A stretch of 63,941 nt of DNA, filler included, from Basidiobolus ranarum (taxonomy: Eukaryota), in NCBI GenBank assembly GCA_040143965.1. It is 3 parts of 3 records of this genome, joined end to end, with 100 filler letters (N's around TTAATTAATTAA, not from the genome) between each part and the next. Parts side by side here need not be neighbours in the genome. Positions count along the whole stretch, not along the records: positions 45,176 to 63,941 come from JASJQH010000267.1; 2 more parts are not named here. One strand, written 5' to 3'. The position numbers were made by a program, and so were the translations under genes. This document shows positions 49,516 through 62,995 of this stretch, one piece after another (within the stretch, counting starts at the first letter, position 1; the number at the start of each line of letters is the position of its first letter). Under the pieces are notes generated by a model. It was not told where the DNA came from. It saw only the letters and a program-made list of their open reading frames with translations, and searched no databases.

Positions 49516-50514
49516 CCTGGCTAGTAATGCTTGAAAAGAATGCACAAAATAGAGAGGTAGAGCTCAGTCCAGTGCGATGTTAGCAAGAGAAGGGGCCTAC
49601 CTGAAAAAAAAAAGGATTATAGTAGTCATGCGATTTCAGAGCCATTGGTTGAATGCATCTCTTATTCCAGAATTGTCAAGTGTCCCCAAAGTACCGCCTA
49701 CTGAACCAATTACTGTGAAAGAGAGCTATTCCTGAATCGCATGACACCATTGTTCAATAGATGGATCATACTCCCGATTATCATTGACGAGATCATTTAC
49801 GGGGTGCTAGCCTGGTTAACTAATAAATGTGAACTCAATTCTGCCATGTATGACTAAAGTGTCCGTCTAATCGATATTCTTGAGGTGATCGAGTCTTGTG
49901 GTCTACACAGATACGAATATTTATGAAGTGTAAGACCATCATTTGATTTCAAATCTATCCATGGCTTAAGCAGCATAGATCGACATCCACTGTGGTTAAA
50001 TATGTGTATGACTGTCATGATATGTGTTCATTCATATTTGAAACTGTATGAATCTAGGCCTGTTATGTCATCTGCCGTTTGTATGTAGACCACAACTGTA
50101 TGCTACTCCTTGTGATGTCAGTGGTAGAACGATAGCGTCCTCACAAATAGCATCCACATCCCAGTTGCCTTTGTTTGGGATTAGTCAGACTCGCCCTTGC
50201 TTTGACGAAAACCTACTTGCTAAACAAATATGTGTAGCAGTTGTCTTTGTAGTCTCACGAAAGTTCGTTTCTGTCACAGTGCTAATTAACGCATTCAAAT
50301 ATTCACACCTATTTTGTTGTTCGATCTTCAAGGTTTTTTGATACACGTGTACGGAGAATCTTGCACACCAATGATATGGTCAGACTGCTTCTGGTTATTA
50401 AACATAGTTTAGCATCTATATAATTATTAACTTCATTTCCCATCAATTCTTGCCCTTCAGCAAAGCCTCCCAGCTCCACGATATTTTAAATAGATTTGCA
50501 GACCCACTCACCTC

Positions 50515-50535
50515 CACACACACACACACACACAC
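50515..50535. repeat. (CA)n microsatellite
   Basis: About 10 CA units upstream of the velvet gene. Confidence 0.9.
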
Positions 50536-50645
50536 CTAGAACAACTAAGATTGCAACAATATCTTCGAAGTATATCACTGCTTCTAAACGTGTAGTCTGA
50601 TAGAAGGTGACTCAAGCCTAAACTTAATTTATGGAATTCAACAAG

Positions 50646-51587
50646 ATGTTATCTAACCGAATGAACACACACACCGATCGGTAAAACCACATAACTGCAA
50701 CTTCAAACATTCTACTCTTGGGATTGTCATTTACTTTGTTCATGTTCCTATAGCCGTTTCGACCTGACTATTATTCAGCAACCTAACAACGGATGTGCCT
50801 GTGGAGATGACATAAGAGATCGCATACCCCTTGATCCCCCTTTCATTGTCAAGTTGGTAATACGTGATGGGCATGGCAATGAGCTATCCTGGTAATGTCT
50901 TAGTTTATGTTGTTAAACAATTTATATTACCTCACTATCTTGCATGATTTATCTTGTAGTTCATATGGTTTTTGCAAATTTGTCTTTTTAATTAATACTG
51001 ACGAGATGACTTGAATGTATGTTTGACATCACTTTGTAGCGGAGAAGATATACCATTTCTCGTGGCTCATGTCAGCTTATGGTCAGAAGATGGCTCTGAG
51101 ACCTGCGATTTGGTTCGGCGCACAGATGGAGCCACAAGAATGTTGCTAGGATCTTCAGCTTCGTCTGTTAATGTTTGTAATGATCCGGAGTCTGAGCAGA
51201 GGCAGGCCTCTTACTTCGTCTTTGGTGATCTTTCAGTCCGTGTTAGTGGTAAATTTCGATTGGGCGTATCGTTGGCTAATATTAAAGGGTACAAGGAAAA
51301 GTTTAAAGTTTCTAATCTATTTGGTTTGATAATTAACTCTGACCATGTTTAGAAACTTATTAATGGGACAAAGCCCAACGACAACCATAGCTTCAGTGCT
51401 TTCAGAAACGTTTGTGGTCAAAGAAAAACACGAATATTCTGGATTTGGAGGTTAGTAATATGTTAAACTCGGATTTTGGTTTACTTCCTAAAGTGAAATC
51501 TATGATTTACCTACAGAGTCGACTCCCCTGACTTTGCAGCTGGCATCACAGGGTGTGAGATCCTTGGCTGGGTTTAGGGTAGAGTAA
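50646..51587 (+). CDS. Small velvet-domain protein (~196 aa)
   Basis: Exons 50646-50680, 50754-50891, 51040-51288, 51353-51450, 51517-51587 join in frame. FDLTIIQQP..GCACG...DRIPLDPPFIVKL; LLGSSASS; FVFGDLSVRVSGKFRL; SETFVV; ESTPLTLQLASQGV. Confidence 0.88.
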
Positions 51588-52721
51588 TAGTTATCTAGCA
51601 TTTACCGCTTAACATCGCTTTAGTAGTAGATACCTTTGGTTTTTCACGTCTAAACGAAGCCATGAAGGTAAAATCGAAATAAAAACCAGAAAATGTGACG
51701 CAGATATCCACACAGTTAATAACAATGCAAACATCGTTGAAAAGTAAATACGTGAGTATACTACTCCTAGGTAGCAGCTCTGCATTGTAAGATAGATGCT
51801 ATCTTATCGTAGCATGGCTTATGGTTTCCGAGTTTTGAGATATGAGTTGTACTTACGCCTCTAGAATTCTATGTGGCAATGAATCCGCATGTGTACATTG
51901 GTGGTGCTACTTGTGATATAAAACAAGTCATTTGTAGCTTTAAAAGTAAGAATGAGGTAGTAGCCCCTTTGTGGTCAGAATTTTTGAATTTTCCTACAAA
52001 ACATGATGTTCCATTGTTAGTCTGTGGGAACGGAGATTTCATGGCTCGAAACAATAACCCTTGATCCTAGTCAACAGAGCTGGTTGGTGTTGCCCAATGG
52101 CATCTGTGGATGTGACGTATTCATCTCGAAACACTTCGATATGGCAAAGTATTGGTGGCAGTTGGAGCAATACAAATGTTATACAAAATCAAACAGATCA
52201 CAATCATGGAGCCAAACACTGTACTCTTAACACCGTACACGATTATTGAGGGGATGAGGTAACAATGGCATTTGTTGACACTTAATGTTGATATTATTAC
52301 GCCTGTTCGACTTTTCTGGCTGGTCACCCCCGATAAATCTCTAGAAATTTTGCCGGCAACGCAATCGACATACATATTATCAGAAATGAAACTATTGTGT
52401 GAAACAGAGCAAAATATTGATTGGCACAGCTCAATCGTATGATGATCGCTGAAAATATGTTGCTAATTATATAACTAATAATAAGCATTATTTGTATCGA
52501 GAGGCACACTCAACCGTCAATACTTACAATATATTTACTGGTCCTCTCCAGAATGTTAGCAGCTAGATTTCCTCTCTTCCGCGCGCATATTTCTAACAAA
52601 CTGTCTGAAATTATATTCATCTTATTTACCCTATTTACTCATCGTTCGGCTCTTTGGATGAAGCCTTAGTAACACCCAATTCCTTTTCTCCTCGAACCAT
52701 ACTTTTCCCCGCTATCTTGAT

Positions 52722-53338
52722 ATGGTTTCTATACTCCGAGGTTACCCCATTCCTATTGTTGTTATTCTTCTACAATGTGTACTCTATGGATATATTTCGT
52801 TTGTATACTACAATATGCTACCAGATCCTGTACCTAAACGTTTCGTTGACCAAGAGGTCATTAGCTTTCAGACGAAACGGAAATTTTTCACCATACATTT
52901 GGTGACCTTCTACCTCATTACCTTTATATTTTTAATTGCCGGTATAGTAGTGGCTACTCGCTTGCCTGCTAGACACCTTAAAGTCCCTGGGAAAGAAAAT
53001 TGGCTTGGAGTTCAAGAGAGAGAGAAAATGGTCAAGGTGCTTACCTCGAAATATTTCTTATGGATAACGGTCTTTACAGCACAATTTCTCTTGGAACTCA
53101 ATACTCTTTTGTATGAGGTAAGTCCATTAGTTAATTTCCTTTGACCTACAATTTGAAATTAAAAATTACTTTTTAGTTATCACTTAGAAAGAATGGCGAA
53201 CTCTTTTGGTTTCTATGGGTGTTTCTTTGTGTATATATCGTTGAGCTAGTAGTTACCACTTTCATTGGGTATTTTAAGATTCGTTCTATAGGAAGTTTGA
53301 AAGAAATTGAAGACTTCCAACCATCCTTCTTTATTTAA
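52722..53338 (+). CDS. Multi-pass membrane protein, DUF1648-like (185 aa, one intron)
   Basis: Exons 52722-53117 and 53177-53338 (phase-0 GTAAGT..TTTTAG). About four TM segments; YYNMLPDPVPKRF after TM1 and RLPARHLKVPGKENWL after TM2. Confidence 0.7.
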
Positions 53339-55486
53339 ACATTCACTCGTATATTTCACATCGTAGCAATGGTTTTTCTCAAGCATGTATGAACTTGTAA
53401 ATTTTTTCATTCCTATCGAGTTCTGAATTTCTTTTTAGTAGCTGTTAATGATACAGCCCTTTTTTCTCTTCAACATCTGTATATCCGCGAAGTAAACAAC
53501 GCACTACTCTTTTCCAGCCATTCAAAGAACCTTATTTACAGCCTCAGTAGGTCAATAAATCTTGTCTAGAAACCAAAAAGACCTTTGCTTGATATGAAAA
53601 AGTGTTACAATATTTTTTGGAACGACTAGTTGAATACTGGTGGTTAGAATATAGAACCTATTCATTTCCCACTTTCCACGAACATTTTCATTACCTAGCA
53701 GGTCATCATCTTGTCATACATATGGCTTTGTACCATTATTCTGATCGGTCCACTACCAAATATAGCAAGGTCAAATATGAGCATTGCCTATATTTGGCCT
53801 ACAAGATATTTAGAACTCTGATTTTACCAAATGAAGAGCTTGAAAATAAATTAAGGTTTACTATGTAATACCATGATGAATGTATCAATCACAAGATAGA
53901 TTCTGAGACTTGATGAGTGTATTTAATAGAAATCATTTCGATTACACCAAAGATTCATCTTGGATATTGGCCTTTCACAGGAACACCAGATGTTGATTCT
54001 CAGGTAACAATTCGTTTTTAGGAACTGGTGCATTCACCCGAGTGTTCTATTAGTTCGCTACTAGAAGACAAAATTGTATGAATCAATGCCTGGAAGGATT
54101 GGATGAAGTCGATTTTTGAGGTTTGAGGTGTTGTCTGGTGTCACAAAATACTTATTGCGGGATGTGTAAGAGCATTTGGAAAAACGATTGGCGGTTGAAA
54201 CCGAATTCAACTTCCTGTAGGAGGATGTATCAGGCATCTTGCTGTTGACATCATATTTTGATTGTAACGTTCGAAAAAAGGGGGAAATGCAGGGATGGAA
54301 ATCGTAAATCAGATTACATCTTATTGAGCATCTGTAGATGTTTATGACAACCTAGTTCAGAAATTACACATATAACCAATTTATATCTCCGTATACTTGC
54401 GTGACATTTTATATCTTTTCTTTGAATTTTTAAGACAGACAATTCCTTAACAATGGTCGACTTTGAAACACCTCTGACTTCAAGAAAAAAACGTGAAGTC
54501 CAAAGGCAGATTTAAGAGTATCTCGAAGAAGGCACTGATGTCCTAGTTTATATGAAGTATATCTTCAAGCGATTACTGGATACAGCACAGTGGATACAGT
54601 GTTGACAGATAATAAGCTGTCTACGACGTTCAACTCATTACATCTTGGGTACTCAGGACTAGATCACTCGAAATAGGAAGTAAACAGGAGTTCTCAGTAC
54701 ATTCTAGCGGTAAAACCTCACCATGTACTAGATTGTAGCTGAAACAAAGCAAAAGTTCCTTAGCCTCCAATAAAAGACATACTCATGAATCAAGGCGGAG
54801 TTTTTGTTTCATGTTTACATCGTCATCAAGTCTGATCCCTGCTGAGCAGCGATTAAAGGAGATTCTATACATGAAGCCCATCGTAACGTGATATGTGGCT
54901 GGCTTCGTTTTTACAAGTTGATCTTGTAGGTATTAAAGCGTGGAATTTATAGTAAGTGGCGTAACTGGGTAATAAATGCGCAGGATACATGCTACTCAAG
55001 TTATAGTGAATCTAGGACCACGGGCAATTACTAAATGTCAACTGATCGTCTCAGGTATTAAATCAGCAAATGTTATATTATTGTGATTTCTCCGATAAGT
55101 GCCAGCTGGTGTAGAAGCAAACTGCAGCTAGATCTGCAAGGTACACTAATCAGGTGGAATAAATCGATCCTAGTCCAGGCTGGTGATCCTATCTGACTAA
55201 AATACCAATCATGAATTAGTAGCAAGCAACTACTGTATCAGAATGAGTAAGTTGGTTTTTCTGCGATGTCATTTCTTTTCAAATATTTGTTTGCACTTTG
55301 CCTTCACTTTCGTTTATAGTTGAGTCAGGTGCTAGTTCACCTGAGCGGATCTTGCTTTTTCTTATACACCTGTACAGCTTCTTTTGAGCTATACATTTGG
55401 TTCATTTAGAAGGGCCTCAACGCTCGTAGAAGAAATCCTGAACCTCTCTTGACGTTTCACCAGTTTTCACAGTTCTCCATATAGAA

Positions 55487-56820
55487 ATGTCTGTTCTGAA
55501 CCGGTTATTTCGGAATTCGGCTTGGTCTTCTCTAACTAAATTCGATTCTGAGTACTCTGTTAAAGAGATGGTTTCGGACAGCAACAGCAGTGTCTTTGAA
55601 GAGTGTTTGAATTCGCCTATTTCGATCCCTACCAGGAGTCCTACTTTACTTAGTGATAGCAACTCGACTTGCTGCGACTCGGATATCGACTCCATAGAAT
55701 TAAACCCCGACTATCCAGTTACTCCGTTGCTTTATATCAGACAGGAACTAGAGTATCCATTCAATACTGAGATTCACCAGAAAGATCCCCCTTTGGAGCT
55801 CACAAACCACAGCTCTGATTCGAAGTTTTGGAATTGTCTGATAGAAAATTACTCAATAATGTTAGCCCAAAATCCTGTGAGAGTAACTCAAAGAATTTAT
55901 CAGGGTATCCCAAAAGAATATAGAAGTGTAATGTGGCAATGTATGTCACAGTCGAAGACTACCTATTTAGATACTCTGTATTTCCAGCTGTTGAAGGAGA
56001 GATCTCCTTTCGAAGCGGATATATTACTAGATTTACCACGAACTTTCCCGAGAGTAGATATGTTCAAGAAAAAAGGTGGGGAGGGACAAACACGTCTCTT
56101 CAACGTACTGAAAGCATACTCTGTCTACGACCCAGAAATTGGTTATGCCCAAGGTCTTGGCTATATTGTGGCAGTCCTATTGTTTCATGTAAGTCAATAC
56201 GCAAATCTTTCATCTTCACTTTGTTGTATTAATCAGTCAGTCCCAGATGTCGGAGAGTGAGGCTTTTAACGTATTCGTAAGGTAAGTACTAATCCAGTTC
56301 TAGTTTAGAACAAGCTAATATAACACTGGAATACACATATAGGCTCATGCAGTCCCATGATCTTCGAGAAATATTCCTTACAGATCTGAGAAACTTGGAG
56401 TGTCGGATTTATCAATTTCGATGTCTCTTGTCTAGCCATTTTCCTAAATTGGTGCAACATCTTGACCGACATAATATTCGTACCGCTATGTATACAACAT
56501 CCTGGTTCCTGACCCTCTTTACCAATGTTCTTCCGCTCCCTATAATTTTCCGTTTACTCGACGTAATGCTATTGGAAGGAGTAACTGTAACTGTGATGCG
56601 CATGGGACTTGCTCTGCTGAATCAAAGCTCATTGGAACTGTTAAACTTGGACGATTATGGCGAATTGATGAAAGTAGTCACAGGAACCATATTTGAGGTT
56701 CCGCCAAGCAAAGAGGAAGAACTTATACAATCTCTTGGGCTATTTACTGCTGTTACCGAGAAAGAGTTGACCACGCTGTCCAAGCGGTACAAATTATTAA
56801 GGAATATATTTGCCAAGTAA
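55487..56820 (+). CDS. TBC-domain Rab GTPase-activating protein (Gyp5/EVI5-like)
   Basis: QGIPKEYRSVMW; ILLDLPRTFP (Arg finger); LFNVLKAYSVYDPEIGYAQG (Gln finger); YTTSWFLTLF. Three exons including a 35-nt internal exon. Confidence 0.92.
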
Positions 56821-57476
56821 CGGCTGACAGAGATAGCAAGACCACTACTTCAAATAATCAGACTACATAAGCAGCACAGGAATATTATTTTTGGAAAGAT
56901 TGTTTCATATCGTATTTTTATTTCTCCACTAACCAAAGTCCAATGGTTGTTGAAGTGCTTGGAATCTGCTCTGCCATTCATGTGCTCAATTGATAAAAAT
57001 TGCACTCTCGCTCATATCATATTCTATCGAATTTAGACAGTAGAAAGTATGCACCAACCCTAGAGGAAGTTGGCTAGCATCATTCTACGCGGACAACTAG
57101 ATTAATCAGAAAGTAGTTAATTTTATCTTTTCCAAAGGCGCCTCATAATCTACCAATCCCATGGCAACCGTGAGTAGTGTAATGACTTCAATAAAGTTAA
57201 TTGTCGTTGGATGATACTTCTACAAACAAACGTTCTTTGATCCACAGGTGACTACTGATGGTATAATTGGCACTTACAAATCTAGACCAATCATAGCAAA
57301 CCAAAATGAATTAGTGCCTACTACCTTGATCCTAGTAACACACGGCCAGTGAAATCTATAGATTTGTTGCTATTCGCGAATAGATGGCTACCATTCTTTG
57401 CTCTGCTCTGGGAATGTCTCTAAATTTAGCATTGCTTATACATAGCTTCTTATATAAAGAGTTCGTCGAATGAGCC

Positions 57477-58374
57477 ATGGCCATTAGAATGAAGGCAATT
57501 GATTACTCGTTATGGTTATGGATAGCATTGATTCCCATTCTGCTCTTTAACGCAGAGAAGCAGCTCGCCTCCCCTCACGAAAACCTGCGCTCCGAAGATA
57601 TAGCCATCGTGATGGCATGGGACGAAAGAGTGCAAGATTCTTGGCTACCAAAATCCCTTGATAATAAGCGCATTTACGCCAATCGACATGGATATGAATT
57701 CCTCGTGATGAACATGACTAGTCATCACGGTAGAGCTCCGGTAAGTTTTAAAAAAGTCCCTCTCTATGCTCTCTGGATGAACATTTAACAGTTCTCTCAT
57801 TTATTAGAGTTGGTACAAAATTGAGGCCTTATATAAGGCTTTTAAAGAACATCCGGAGAAACAATGGTTCTGGTGGCTGGATGTGGATACGCTGATTATG
57901 GAATTGGACATGAGGATTGAAGATTTACTAGATGAGGAGATGAAACTTAGTCAAGTCAGACAGAAAGATATCGTGATATCGTGGGATTGCTTTGGGCTAA
58001 CCATGGGCAGTTTTATGCTACGCAACACCGATTGGAACAGAAGGCTACTCTTCAAAATGATGGAATCTGTACCTTCTGGAAGTGAAAAAATCATGTTCGG
58101 TGAACAGCGTTATCTTCAGTCTATATTCAATCTCGGCGAAGAAATGGCAGAGAAATTTCATTTTATTCCGCCAAGAAAGATCTCTGCAGCATTGCAGCAG
58201 CCTTGCGAGCAGTTTGACAAGCACTCCCAAGAGCTGTACGACTTTCAGCATGGCGATTTCTTGATTCATTTTTCTGGCTGTGGTGCCGAAGGCTGTAAAA
58301 ACGCTTTAGACTTCCACTGGAATGGAATATCCTACAATGTAAACACCAATTCCGCAATAAATAATCTATTTTAA
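57477..58374 (+). CDS. Glycosyltransferase family 34 (Mnn10/Mnn11/Gma12-like)
   Basis: N-terminal TM anchor; NKRIYANRHGYEF; SWYKI; WFWWLDVDTLIM (DxD); DCFGLTMGSFMLRN; EQ; GDFLIHFSGC. One intron. Confidence 0.9.
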
Positions 58375-58802
58375 GATCTCCCATTGTTCCATTTACAAGG
58401 TATTATGAGTTTTAATGACCTTCTTATGCGAGGTATTATGAGTGCGCGTTTGATTGTGTTGACACTCAGCCAATCATAAGATAAGCATAAATTTAATAGT
58501 ATTAACTCCAATTCATAAATACCATTTACTACTTAGCAGTTACAAGCCCCTCCACCTCAAGTAACCAAACAAGAGATCCTATGTAAAGTACGGAACTCAA
58601 CAATTCTGGAGTTTTATTTCGTAGTTGAATTGAGAATGGGGAACACGGTTCTATGAAACCAAGAAAATATTGGCATTTATGGGGAAGATTACAGCGAAAA
58701 CAGAGTTGCTGATGGCTGTAATGAGCTAAAATGTTTACATGTCACAACAGCACGTATTCATTATACGATAAATGAACACATATGGTATTACCATGACAAT
58801 TT

Positions 58803-59239
58803 TTAGCAGCATATATCGAAACAACAACAAAGGCAGGCGCCAACAGCACTGTTAAGACGAAGTGTCAGAGAAGCACTACGTAAGAATAGAAATAAAGGAA
58901 GGACACTTACCAGCCTAGACACAATCCGTCATTTTTCTTAGCTGGCTGTTGGACAACCACGGTTTGTGGCTGTTGCTGCTGTGGTGGATAATAACCTGAA
59001 AATTAACGAAGGTTTAATATGCTATTCACGGAAAGCAATGATAAAGTCATCATACCTTGTGGAGGTGGAGTGTAAGGAGTACCGCCACCCTGGTAGTGGG
59101 CAGCTTGGCCCGCATCAGGATAGTAACCTTGGGCTGGTGGCTGAGGGTAAGGATTGTATTGAGGTTGTCCATGTTGTGGTGGTCCTCCATATTGTGGTTG
59201 CGGAGGGAAGTAGCCTTTGTCTTGGTTATAATCACCCAT
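58803..59239 (-). CDS. CYSTM-family Pro/Gln/Tyr-rich tail-anchored protein
   Basis: Three exons; P/Q/Y/G-rich N-terminus; ends QQPAKKNDGLCLGCAVGACLCCCFDICC*. Confidence 0.88.
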
Positions 59240-60538
59240 GATTAGAAGATGCTAACAAGAAGAGTGCAAGGGTTATTGAAAAAGTGAGTGGAGAGGCCAA
59301 CCGAAAGATGTTGGCTTTATGGTTTATTTATATATTAGGATTTAAGGATAGAAATATCAAGATGGATAAACCAAGATATGGAGCAAAGTGTCTGACAGAT
59401 ACCCGCTATTTATACCCTAGTGGGAAAGTTCTGATGATCTTCCAATTCTGATACTGTATGGCCTAACCTTGGCAAGGATGCAGAAACCAGTTATTTCCTT
59501 GCCATGCTATAATCCGAAAATCAGATAGATGCTTCTAAATTGGACCTCCCGCTTATGGCAAAATACGCTAACTGTACCAATACCATCAACGATTGGTCCA
59601 CAGATATAGATTCATGTAATGAGAAACCTCCGACAGATTTAATGATGTGAAGCAGTATCGAGCAGAAACGTATAGACACTAGATACATTTCCTGAGCAAT
59701 TTGATTTCACGCCTTTGTTCCTACAAACATACCGGAAAATTCACCTCCGGTTTGGGCTTGTAAGGATGAATGGATCATTCTCAGCCTCTAGAATGATGCA
59801 AAACTGGGTTGGAATAGGAGGCAGCGATTTCTATTATGTTGATGCCAAGCTTTACACTCCGTTCTTGATCAGTGATAGATTGTCTCGCTAGTGCTGAAAC
59901 ATGCATATAGATAGTGTGCCTAAGTATTCCCCATTCAGCACTAGGGCATTGCTCCTTATTGGCGTCTACTACAAATGCTGACTGTTGCACAAGACCTCTC
60001 ATTCTCCCACTAATGAGTGTTACTGTACTCTGTAGCTGGATGTTCATCTCTAAGCCTGCCAATTTACTAGTATAACGGTAACAGTCCAACTGTTTCAACG
60101 CGGGGCTTTATTAAAAACCATGGTGCCCCCTGATTGGCCAACAGTGGAAATCTCAGAAACACTTCCATCAGTGTATTTGATCCTCCAAAGATTGTCTACA
60201 ACTCTGATATATGGTTTGATGTAGCGGCCATTGTCTGACAGTCAGCATACTCATTTCACGTACCTAACAGCGCATGGATGGTATGAATTTCTTAGTCTAT
60301 CTTGGGCCTCAGTCATACATTACCGATGCATCAGAAGCAGGAATCATCCACATGGTTCCAGTACGGGGCCATTACAACTCTGTTGGTTTTAATCAAGGAT
60401 TTAAGCAAATCTCGAGGATGATGAACATACCAATGGATCTAAAAATTCACTAGTGAAAAAAAAACTTTTACCCACAGTAAAACAGATGAGAAGTATCGCT
60501 TCACCAAGGTGAATGCTAGTAAAACCTGCTACTTCTCA

Positions 60539-61547
60539 ATGCCACCAAAAAAAAGGTAAAGCATCGGCACGATCCTTTTCATAATGTGAACTTAGAGATG
60601 AAAATTACTGTTAGATAGATCCAAGATTTCACTACTAATATATTTCCTGGGATTCAGAGTACAAGCAGAGCCAGAAACTCGCGTTGTATCGCGCGCTGCC
60701 TTATTTCGAGATAGTAGCAGTGATGAGGAGCCAGTTGTAGAGAGCGTCCAAGAGAATAAAGCCCTTGAAGCATTGATGGCAAAGTCGTTTTCTTTTGAGA
60801 GTAACAGCGCAATATATTATATACACACCCGAAGCTGGAAGATGCTTAAATTTCTTTTTACTATTTATAGTGCAAGAAGACTCTGATTCAGAGGAGAAAC
60901 TAGATGCTAACAGTGAAGAAGAGTCTGAGGGCATGGGTACGACCAGTTCATAATACTCGCAATCACTTAACACTTTCTGAGCTTTTCTTCATTTTTAGTT
61001 TTTAGATTGTTTAATACGCCCAAGATTGATAAAGTCAATCTTGCTCTTCCCGAACCCGAGCCCATCGTGTACCCCACAAGGCCTGAATCTGACGAAGAGT
61101 TTGAGTAATAAGATGGCTTTATTGAAAACCGTATAGTTCCAATGCTAACCTATCGCTTATAGAATAACTGATGAAATGAAAGCCCAATTCGAATCTGTTG
61201 CTATTGCTAGCAATCAAATTTTGGAGGAATCCAAACTTCCATGGGTAATAACTAAGATTAATTTCATTCGTTTGTGTGCAATTATTAACGGGCTCTGCAA
61301 TATTACCAACTAGGAACGTCAATTCTTCCTCCACAAGATTATTGAAGTTCCTTTTAAAGCACCGAAACGTAAACGTACCCGTAAGAGCAAAGCTAAGAAA
61401 GAGTGGGAAAAGAAGGTTGCACAAGGTCTTGCTAAGCCTCTACCACCCAAATTCAACCAAGACGGATATAGTCGTGGAAATCAATATGATAGATTCACTC
61501 GAAAGTCTGATCCATACAGTCCCGGATTCAATAGATTCAGACGTTAG
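60539..61547 (+). CDS. Six-exon gene, fungal DUF2011-like protein (not in ORF track)
   Basis: MPPKK|RVQAEPETRVVSRAALF..acidic..VFRLFNTPK..YPTRPE..FESVAIASNQILEESKLPW|ERQFFLHKIIEV..KRKRTRKSKAKK..RFRR*. All introns GT-AG and in frame. Confidence 0.75.
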
Positions 61548-62535
61548 TCACCGTGAAAACTGATTAATTTGAGTTTCGAATCGGGAAGGCTCTTTCTAGA
61601 TATATATTAATTCAATTGTCATCTCAACCGAAATGAGGCATTTTGTTTCAAGATATATTAACCACACTCCCCATTCCCTGTTAATATTTTTCAACCAGTT
61701 ATTAAAATGAAATACACTACACTTGCTATAGTCGAGTACAGTACTGTGGTACCTGGCACTTATCATGTCTGATTCTTTTCTATAGTGCATAATGACAAGG
61801 CAGGATGAGGTATATTGCCAACTAGATTTAATTTAGTATGGGTATTTAAATATATATTATATACTGATTGCTTCTACGAGACTTGGCAAAGATCAAGTTC
61901 ATTGTCGTGACGAACAGATTGTAATTTTCTTTGCCACGAGTTAAAATTTTTGGGCTTCTCCACTACTGGAGATACTATATACAACCTATTTTCTTTCATA
62001 TTAGTGCTAGGTACACATCAGAGTTATAGGAAGGCACTCTTTCTAATATTTCAACATAATTTACAAGTATATAATTTAGCTCTGGTAGAAGCAAGCTAAA
62101 TTAATGAATAACCGTAGTTCATTATTAAAGCTTTACTGACACCTCTTAAATTGCGAGTGATTTGAAAGTATTTTTAAACCATCACATAACATCTTTAAAT
62201 AGGGGTAGTGTCGCCCCTAGTGTATTAACCATTCGAGTGGATTCAGTAAAGTTGCTAGAGAGAATAATTAGGATGGACAAATAATCGTAAGTAAAAATTT
62301 CAAGAGCAATGTTATTTTATAACTTTACGGTTGCACCTCCGACAATTACCCAGATACCGTATACTGTAGATAGGAAGTATAGCTTTAATTTTGGTGCAAT
62401 TCTTAAATACTTATATTACGCTAAAATTCGTACACTCCTATTCAAGTAGTAAGTACAAAACTTTATCAAATGGAGAAGTCAAGAGATAACTAACACATCA
62501 CCTAGATCTAATATCGGTATGTCTTTCTAGAGTAA

Positions 62536-62995
62536 CTATTTACACTTCGTCTTTAACTCGAGGTAGCTATCGGAGCTAACCGATGACTGATAATGCGATT
62601 GATACGATAAATTCGAATGAGACAATATACTTGCGTTTTGTGGACAAGTTGATGTAGATACGAGATATTGTGATTTTTTGCTAATCCGACTATGACTCAA
62701 AACTGGAGTTATGGGTGGTGATGGGTATGTAGGCGCATGTACAAAAGTAAGTTTTAGTGGGAGGATAATATGTTTCTTGATGTCATGGACTAATTGTGGG
62801 TTACTATGTGAAATCCTGACGCTTTTAGTGTCTTCTTTTTGGCATATCTCACTACAATACAGTGAATTCTGAACAGTGCAGTAGTAACCAAGTAGTTTTA
62901 ACACGAGCGAAAGATAATGCAATGACTGAAGAAAACAGAAAACTTACATCAAGATCAACATGCTTATCGCACACAATGCACCAGTTTGTATCCAT
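62536..62995 (-). CDS. Ecl1-family zinc-binding protein (extender of chronological lifespan)
   Basis: Two exons: MDTNWCIVCDKHVDLD|NSLYCSEICQKED, then a Ser/Pro-rich tail with YPSPP. Confidence 0.85.

Noticed and set aside
50960-50967. Possible 8-nt micro-exon inside the long velvet intron 2
   Set aside because: Weak donor (GTTTTT), and inclusion would frameshift the velvet domain.
7449-51587. Apparent cluster of five transcription factors (MADS, Skn7, C2H2, homeodomain, velvet), or a mating-type-like locus
   Set aside because: They lie on three artificially joined contigs; no HMG sex gene or paired HD1/HD2 arrangement is seen.
51869-52509. Group of overlapping 60-84 aa ORFs
   Set aside because: No motifs and no consistent splice model found; likely random.
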